A stretch of 43,643 nucleotides of DNA from NCBI GenBank assembly GCA_000934665.2, contig JYFJ02003347.1, positions 1 through 43,643 of the forward strand, given 5' to 3'. Below the pieces are notes generated by a model, which saw nothing but the letters and a program-made list of their open reading frames with translations, ran no database searches and was not told the origin of the DNA. Shown piece after piece: positions 35,426 to 43,643 of the stretch (positions are counted from its first letter, which is position 1; the number at the start of each line of letters is the position of its first letter). A program made the position numbers and the translations under genes. The DNA comes from Catajapyx aquilonaris. Its lineage: Eukaryota.

Positions 35426-38400
35426 TTAACGCCCTGCGTCATATCCTGGAAGTAACTTCCGCAATGCTGCTGAGAGGGCTTCATTCACTTCTGCCTTGTA
35501 CTCCTTCCCCAATTCAAACCGACAGTATGGGCAAGTGAATACTTCTGCTTTGAATGATCGTTTCAGGCAACTCTGAAAATAATTCACAGACGAAATGGTG
35601 CATGAGAGGTGTGGTGTTGCCAGTACAAATGATGAGGCCAAGTCAAAAATGAAAAGTGACCAGTGACATAGGAAATGTCTTTCACTAACCTTGCAGATGT
35701 TGTGTTTGCAACTTGTGGTGACTGGTTTGTACACCACCTCATGGCAGCAAATGCAGCGGAAAGTTTCTTCCACCTTATCCAAGAATTTCATCTTGCCTTC
35801 ATGTGCTGCTGCCTTACATTCATCCCAGAAAGTGGTGTTGGCAGCATCCTTTTCAATCAGGGTCACAACCTCCTCCCCCAGTTTGTAGGGCATTGTTTTG
35901 ACCTTTTTTGGGCTTGCCTCCACAACTGATGCCCGGGTTGGTGATCTGGTCCTCTTGCCCCTTCCCTCTCCTTTGGGCGAGGACTTCGCACTTGACTCAC
36001 ATTCTTTGTTGCTCTTTTCCTGTGCCTTTTCTGCCAGTGCCTCCTGGTAACCATCAGGATACTAGACACAAAGAGAAAGAATAGTTTTTAAGGCTACTTC
36101 TGTTTGCCTGTAATGAAGTGGTCCATTCAGTATTTAGCCTTCCAAGTTATTCAACAATGTTACTTTTTATTATTGCTATTATGGTGGCTGTCACATACCC
36201 CCCAAGAAAACTTGCTGAAAATAATTATAAGAAAGCAAGGAAAATAACTCACAATCACTTCGAGACCCAGCTCCTTAATCCGTTTCTTGCCTTCCTTGGT
36301 CCAAGGAGCAGGCTCTGGATCGTCCCTCCGCAGAAGGTATCGCCACACCAAAAACCCAGACTTTCCTTCTCCTGGCCAGTACTTTACAACCTTGTAAATT
36401 CCATCGTATCTGTAACCCAAAAAGTAGACAAAGTGTAAAATACAAGTACGTATTTATATTCATTGAGGTAAATTCAGGCCCATTCAAAATATTTCCAGAG
36501 TGGCATTACATTTCAAAGCTGATTTTAAAAAGAACGGGGCTTCCGTTACCTGCAGTTTGAAAATAATAAATATTAATATATATGTTACAAGTACAAAATG
36601 TAACACATTTTATTGTACAGATTAGGCTACGGCATTCTTATAACTATCCTATTATATTGATAATCCTATTATATTGATAATTGCTTTTGTTGCTGCCTGA
36701 ATGTGCACAAATTGTGAATTAAATTTCACCACAGTGCAATACCAGGATTCTATTGTTATTTATAGCTACAGTAAGACCTGGATGTAACGCTCCTGCACAT
36801 AACACTATCCCGCTTTTATGCCCTTTTCTTCAGTCCCTTGATCACCCCCATAAGGCCCAATGGTAAATTTTCCTGCTCTTAACGCTTTCCCGCATATACA
36901 GATCGATTGCCCTGGTCCACAGAGAAACTTATCCTGCATATAACGTCAATTTCCTCCCCACAATAGCGGTTATGGGAAGGAAAGTGATGGAAATTGAAAA
37001 AAAAAATCCAATTCGGCTACAGATTTTAAAAACATTTTTGGGATTTTCCCTTGTTCGGCGTTTATTTCTTGTCATAAGAAAAAGTGTTGGATAAACTATT
37101 GTTTATCCGCACCATAACAACACAGTCGGTGTTAGGCGGGCGGGGGGCCTTCCGACGGTTGGCAACGTTGCGTCGCAAACAATCGATATTGATACTGCTA
37201 CATGGTTACATGGAACTGTGCTTTATTCTTTCAATTCGGGATTTTGAGGTGATTAAGTGGATGGAATAGCCCTTTGTCTTGGTGCTGCTGTATGGCTTTT
37301 TGTTACCGCAACAGTACTGTACATTGTTGTGGCCCTGCCAGGCATGGTACGTCGCCCGTGCGTGATAATAATTTTTAGTTTTTGCAGAGCGAAAGCGGAG
37401 CTGGGCGCTTATTGTGGGTTTCTGTATCCGCAACATTTACTGCCCGTCTTGTGGCGCCGCAGGCCAATGAACGTCATTGTGGCTTTGCCAAGCGCGAAGT
37501 ACACCTTCACACAGTCCGTTAAACCAACGAACTACATGGCCCCAAGTTCCGCCCGCCACCACCCGGCTCTCCCCTCCAATCATGCCCACGACTCCCTCTG
37601 CAGGCATACTACTGCACACGCTCAGAAAACATGGCTGGTGTGACATCATATTGTTCTTTGGGTTAACGGACTGCAGCAACCACCATGGCTTTCATATTTC
37701 CCACCTCCTTCATTAATACTGTGGTCCTAGCACTCGTCTGAACGGTTGGCGTGGCAGGGTTAAGAAGACGCCCTTTGTTATGCTCTCCCGGCAACCGGTT
37801 GTTTGCGACGCATAGCCAACATGTTTGGAGCACACGACGCCCTGCCAATCCCACCGCGTCGCTAGGTGCGGATAAACGATAGACTTGAAAAAACCATATG
37901 TCGATACGAGACGGTCACATAAATTTATTAATATTTATATAGGCTAGTTGAACCGAAGCAGGTTGGCATAGTGGATAAGGCGTCCGACTGCTAATCGGGA
38001 GGTCCTGGGTTCGAATCCCGGGGCCGGCAACTCTGACCGTGGTTTTCCGTGGTTTCCCACGGTCCTTCCAGGAAAATTCCGGAGTTGCTTCCGTAATTAA
38101 TAGGCCACAGCCGCTTCCTTCCGTCCCTATCATATCCCAAAAAGCGCAGTAAAATGAAAGCAAAGAGTTCCAGGCAAAACAAACTTCCCCCCTAAAGAGC
38201 CGATGGCTGATAACTGGGTATGTATTATATTATTATTATTATTTATATAGGCTAGTTGAAAATGTAAGTTTTTGTCAATATTTTGAAAAGACAAAAACAA
38301 TTAAAAACTCCGTGGAACCTCGGATGACCCTTACTTTTTGTTTTATATCTCTTCTGAAGACGCTTTCAACCATATCTTACACCAGTGGTTTTCAAACTGG

Positions 38401-41400
38401 GGTACGCGAACACAATTTTGGGGGTACGAGAAAGATATCGTGCAATGGCGTCCAGTCTCTACATTTGTGTATTCCGATTCAACCAGAAGGAACCAACTTC
38501 TGAGAAAAACACAAAAAATGGTCCTATACTTATTCCCATCTTTCTTTTTGCTATTATTACAGTTTAATCCGGATATAACAGACTTCAAGGAACCGAGGTA
38601 CTCAGTCTGCTACAGCCGAGGCTGTTATATCCGGATTCAACTGTACGTATCATTTTAGGGAAGATTTATTATATGCAGAGGCATTTTCTGACTGATGCCA
38701 TTTTCATTCAGCACATGTATTGAAGCTCAAGAAGCAACATGGTAGTGTTAACTCGAAAATGCCACAAAGTAGAGTTAAGTCCTTTTCCTAATATCTGGTT
38801 CGATTCTACCACTGTGCTTTGCAACGTTGTGAAGGATTTGAAAATAAACTCTGGCTGCACAGGCTAATCTACCTGGCCTAAAAAATTGCGAGTGTCAACA
38901 AATGACACAGAGGGCTTCAAGACATCACAGCCAACACATCATTTCATGTGCAAATCAAGGAATGGGGAAGTAGCCTTCATTTTGGAAACTACATAATAAA
39001 TTCGCCCATATTTTTTGGATTTTTTTGGCATATTCCGTTTTAAGATATCAGTTCCAGTTCCGGAGTAATTGGGGTTTTTATGTAGGGATATGGTGACGTC
39101 ACTGTTTCCCTAGAAAATGTTGACGTCATGCGAAGTGAAATGAACGCAAAAATGGTGTTATAGAACGCGCCCCGTCATTGTTGTAAAATGCTTCGCTGTT
39201 GTTAGCAACCGTCCCATTCCGTGAGCAAGATAGCGGCCGGGGCGCGTTTTTACTTCACGCCGCTCAATCAGCTTAGGGGCAGGCAGTGGTGCCAACTGGC
39301 AGGAATCATCTGTCACCCGAATTCGGCACATGAAGGCCCCCTTTCTCCACCTCGATGGCCTACAGCCGCCTTGGGAATGCTTTCCGTCGCGTCCGCGGTT
39401 AATTCAAAGTCAAATTCCTCATATCTCGCAGTCAACCAGGCATTTCAGTGTACCCTTTCGATTGGCTGCCCCGTTTTTCCCGCCAATTTTGAAGGCACTT
39501 TTAAATGTGCCGTAATTTATCCAGTAATGTCATTTTGATGCAACAGAGTGATGGAATGTATGTTTACAGGCATGGGCTAGCTAGTTATGAACAAAAATCC
39601 CAAATCCCAGACCAAGGCTACTTCCCCATTATCATAGGAATTACCAAAAATTCCAGTTTTGGGAATGTTGAGTAATATAATAATAATAATTATTATTATT
39701 ATTATTATAATAATAATAATTGATACCCCATTATCAGCCCTTTAGGCTTTATTAGGGGGGGATTTCTTCCAATTTTTTTGTCTGGAACTCTTTCCATTTT
39801 TACTATATTTTCATCGGAATTGAGGCAAGGATGGGTAAGGAAGGAAGCGGCTGTGGCCTATAATTACGGTAACGACCCCGGAATTATCCTGCGGTGACCA
39901 TGGGAAACCACAGAAAACCATGATCTCCGGCCTCCGGGATTCGAACCCAGGACCTCCCGATTAGCAGTCGGACACCATACCACTACACCACTACTGCTTC
40001 GGTTGGGAATGTTGAGTATACTACATGGTAGCAAATTTTCTTGCCTTCCAGCAATGTCCAAGATTTGCAAAGAGGCAGTGGAGGCCCAGTTGAGGTCAGC
40101 ATTCAAGTCAACATATTGGAGCACAAGAATCAACTCTCACAATAGTTTCTAAATTTTAATTTTCAGAGAATGATGGACAGGCCAATTATTTGCATCATGA
40201 GTTTGAGATTTCTTTACTTGTCCTGAACATGTCAGAGCAGAATGGGGTCCTAGCCTACATTTTGCAAACACATGTAAAAAATAGTCCTTATTTTTAAATG
40301 AATTTTGGTGTTTTTTGTTTGAGGAAATAAATATTAGTTTTCGAGCTATGATCGATCTAAGATCATAATAATTATACAGTATCTTATTGTCCGCTGACAT
40401 CACTGTTGTCTGAGGCCATGCCCCTGTTTTTCCCACCAATTTTCGAGTGACTTTTAAACCCCTGATAACTTATCGAGGAAAGACATTTTGGTGCCGAAAA
40501 GTGGTGGAATGTAGGTTTATATGTATGGTTGAGCTATTCGTGTACAAATTACCCAAATCCCAGGCCACGGCTAGGACCCCATTTGGAAAAGATCATCAAA
40601 ATTTCTACCAACGGAAGTTTGAAATTTGAAATAACCCCTTCTGAACTCGTTTGGGCTGATAAAATGGAAGCCGATCCAGGCCTTGGCAACTAGTGATCTG
40701 AAGTACTTCATACCATTTACTAATTGCCTAATTATGTGAAGCTTACAGTATTTTTACGTTGATGTCCATGTAAACAAAGTACTGTCAGCGTCATCGACCC
40801 TATACTGAGAAAGGCCACAGTCTTAAATTGACGCCACTTGTGAAAGAAAGAAAGCACACCCATAGCACTAACTGATAAGACAGTGCCAATTACAATTTTC
40901 GGGAAAGACTCTACGTCAGGGGTGCACAACTTAGTCTGAGTAAGGGCCACTATTAACACCTCATCCCAGTGTGGGGCGGCAAATTTTTGCAAGGGGTTTT
41001 TTTAAAAGGAAAGAGGGACTGACGAACATACACGAATACGCCAGCACATTTCAACTTTATTCAACACCTGTGAATACCTTGTATTAAATCTTTCAATGTG
41101 AGACGTTACATTTATTTGTGCTGCTATTCCTCGTAAGTCAGGTGTCAACTTACTTGTTGCAATTTTTAGGACACTTCGGAGACTTTCATCACTTAGTGAT
41201 GATCGTAGCAGGCTTTTGTTCAGTTTCATCACGGAAACATAAGTGCTCCCACAAAGGGATACTAATTTCATTGCATGAAGAACCAAATTCTTGTACTGAT
41301 CTCTGTCAAGTGACTGGTAGAACTCAAGTATCGTCGACTCCTTGAACTTCTGCTTTAACACTGTTGCACATTGCAGTTCAATCAATTTATGCCATTGGGA

Positions 41401-43643
41401 AGCGGGGATCATAGTCTTCCGGTTCAACAGAAAAAGGATTAGGAAAGAGGTCGAAGTTTTTTTGTTCACTTTTAAAATCTGAAAATCTACTCTCAAACTC
41501 TGCCTCCAGAGTTTCCAAATGCCTAATACAGCTTTCAATTTGTGCAACCCTGGCAGAATCTCCCGGAAACAACATCTGACAAGTTGGAAAATGAGACAAA
41601 TCACCTCTGCTTAGTTGTGATTTAAAAAGTATCAATTTGCATTGAAATGCCCTGACAGCATCATGCAGGTGTGACACCAAGTATTAGATTCACCTTGCAG
41701 GCAGAGGTTCAGAAGATTTAAGTGACCAGTGATGTCAGTCAGAAAAGCCAAGTTCGAAATACCACCCCACTGACTTTCCCTTTTTTCGCTCTTCTTTTTA
41801 TTTGCCTTTATTTTGTTTGACTTTGCTTTTTTTTCTCTATACAGTCTGCGGGCCGTAAGTTGCTCTACGTGGTACATGGGCAGGTCAGTTCAGGTTAACT
41901 TGGTTTATATAGGCTTCAATCTACAGTAGTAACAGTGAAGGCATTCATTTCCTGAGAAAAGGGTGAATTACACGTAAATCGTATTTCCCGCATATACCGC
42001 TACCATACTTTTGAGCGGTCCCTTGAAATGAAATTAGATCAAGGTTTCCCTGTATTACCGTAATACCTCACATAAAGCGGCATGCCAGTGTAGTCGAGGT
42101 CGACCAGTTTTTAGAAATTCGTCATTGGTGGCTATACCAGCATGCCGGTATAGGCTCATTCACACGAGCGACCCTTGGCCAGGAATTCCTGGCCAATACA
42201 GAAACGTGGCCAGCGGCTGGCCAGGAATCGAAAGTAACAGTTCACACGAGCGACGTTGTTGGGGAACAAGTGAGCATTGCAAGGTGCTTGGGAGTGCCGC
42301 TACTGCGCATGCGTTACTCCTGGCAACCATCGCTGGCCATGGCTAGCCATCTTCCGGAGCATGGCCAGCTCAGCCACCTTTTCCTGGCTCGGGTGGTGAC
42401 CTTCCCTTCCTGGCCGAACCTGGTTACTAGCGTGTGAACGGGCTTGGCGACCTTTGGCCAGGAAACTTCCTGGCCTAAGGTCGCTCGTGTGAATGCGCCT
42501 TGAGGTGAGGTTTTCACTACTTTAGCCTTTCAAAACTTGATACTTGCCTGAAATCAAAATCAGTGAAAAGGAACATTTTCCTAATCTAATAACGTACACA
42601 GTATGTTCTTTTCAATTACAGTTTGTTGAAATAATGAATAGTCTGTATGTACAGTACATTGTAGAGGTCTGGTATTTAAGAGGATCAGAAATGACTACTT
42701 AAGAGTTCCCTCCATGGGAACCCCCCCTTCCCGCACCCCCCGAAGATGGCCCCTGGCCCTATCATGGGGTATTAAAAACAAATAAAAACAAAACAAAATA
42801 GTGCATTGTTGAGTACAGTGAGCACTTTCTTACTTTCACTATCCCCACTTTGCTGATTTTTTGGGAGATACCATTTTTCGAAATTAACCCTTCCGAATGA
42901 ACCCTACTATTCATTATTATTATTATTAATTGTTTATCAAAGTTTGATTTTTTGAAGTGACAAGTTCTCTTACAGTGGCCACAACTGGTACAACTGGTAT
43001 GTTACAAAAGTATATTACATACGATTCAGTATTATCCCTCAGTTTCACTGATCTGTGCAGGGGGGGGGGGGGGTGTTCTTGGGACCATATACTAAGAGTT
43101 AATGGGGGTCAATTATGCCTCAAATATCAATTTTAGAAAGCAAGTAACTGTGGCACACACCTGTATCCTTCAGCAGGGGCATATCTGGAATGCTTCTTCA
43201 ACTTGTCGCTGCGGATGACACGCACAGGCTTGCCTTCTTTCCAATCCCTAGCTTCAGCTCCATCCTTACTGTTTAATTTAGCATTGCAGTTCAGTGCTAG
43301 AGCCCTAGTTGTAAAGAATTAGGAATGGCATGTTACACTACACTAGCAATATAAATTTCTTACAAGCCTTACTTATTGGTTCGGGTAAGTTTCTGATCAC
43401 AGCTCTGATCAGCAGTCCTCTTGTTTCCTGACAAGTCCCTCCCTCCAGAGCCACTGAATGTAAATTCAACACCTTTATCTTCATCATCTTCATATCCCCC
43501 TGCTAGAACAATGCTGAATGCGCCATCCTTTTCTGTCCCATGCATGCCAGCAACATGTGGCCTGTGAACTCCAGCTTCTGAGGCTTGCAGACGAAATTTC
43601 CAGCTTTGGCCCACCTCCACCCCAGGTATGGGGCCAAAGTGGT
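35426..43643 (-). CDS. UHRF1: E3 ubiquitin ligase UHRF1, 3' part (5' end outside window): complement(join(35426..35572,35690..36061,36253..36409,43161..43304,43373..>43643))
   Basis: SRA domain ([74 protein letters not shown]), YPDGY linker, and C-terminal RING ([47 protein letters not shown]). GT-AG introns with consistent phases. Confidence 0.96.
37097..37882. mobile_element. Unclassified TIR element
   Basis: Imperfect TIRs of about 90 bp (CTAT[T/C]GTTTATCCGCACC...TGCGTCGCAAACAA); internal IYCPSCG...WLC segment may be a zinc-ribbon remnant. Confidence 0.55.
37953..38239 (+). mobile_element. tRNA-derived SINE
   Basis: A box TGGCATAGTGG, B box GGTTCGAATCCC, (TTA)n tail, perfect 21-bp TSD TATTTATATAGGCTAGTTGAA. 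Confidence 0.9.
38383..38430 (+). mobile_element. hAT/Charlie-like terminal fragment
   Basis: CAGTGGTTTTCAAACTGGGGTACGCG end. Confidence 0.45.
38560..38643. mobile_element. Internally deleted Tigger-like MITE
   Basis: TA-CAGTTTAATCCGGATATAAC ... GTTATATCCGGATTCAACTG-TA. Confidence 0.75.
38964..39627. mobile_element. Non-autonomous DNA element with GGGG termini (ISL2EU/Harbinger-like)
   Basis: AT-GGGGAAGTAGCCTT ... AAGGCTACTTCCCC-AT. Confidence 0.6.
39675..40002 (-). mobile_element. tRNA-derived SINE, same family as 37953
   Basis: Homologous head and body; 16-bp TSD TTGGGAATGTTGAGTA. Confidence 0.9.
40917..41775 (-). mobile_element. hAT (Charlie/SPIN/GTF2IRD2-like) transposase 3' relic with terminal repeat
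   Basis: [68 protein letters not shown]; terminal CAGGGGTGCACAAC at 40917. Confidence 0.88.
42152..42500. mobile_element. Harbinger-like MITE
   Basis: AGGC.CATTCACACGAGCGACC ... GGTCGCTCGTGTGAATGCGCCT TIRs with internal TGGCCA repeats. Confidence 0.75.

Noticed and set aside
37953..38030. Functional tRNA gene (also the heads at 9730-9807, 15915-15990 and 39930-40002)
   Set aside because: Each is the head of a SINE with body, tail and TSD.
36769..42052. One Tigger-like element spanning most of the UHRF1 intron
   Set aside because: The two ends match only weakly and may be unrelated fragments.

Overview
Eukaryotic genomic DNA from a repeat-rich invertebrate, most likely an arthropod with CpG methylation (inferred from UHRF1, CpG-poor exons and tRNA-SINE/MITE-rich introns). 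It holds a complete 12-coding-exon mitochondrial pyruvate carboxylase gene (+, 7299-22119, 1182 aa by my exon sum) and the last five exons of UHRF1 (-, SRA to RING, 35426 to window end), facing each other. Introns and the intergenic space contain Tc1/mariner, pogo/Tigger, hAT, piggyBac-like and Harbinger-like MITEs, tRNA-derived SINEs, a LINE tail, and PIF1/Helitron, Academ-like and P-element-like relics. The most unusual signal is an apparent small two-exon minus-strand transcript (about 27290 to 26200) next to a CpG-rich promoter-like region, whose single spliced frame reads MAAGH-UGA-28 aa-UGA-AH-MENLS...PG-UAG. Other leads are two orphan decayed ORFs, a hairpin with an inverted copy of its apex at a LINE junction, a shared SINE/LINE 3' tail structure and a 5'-5' inverted mariner dimer. 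No database searches were run; family calls rest on recalled motifs.
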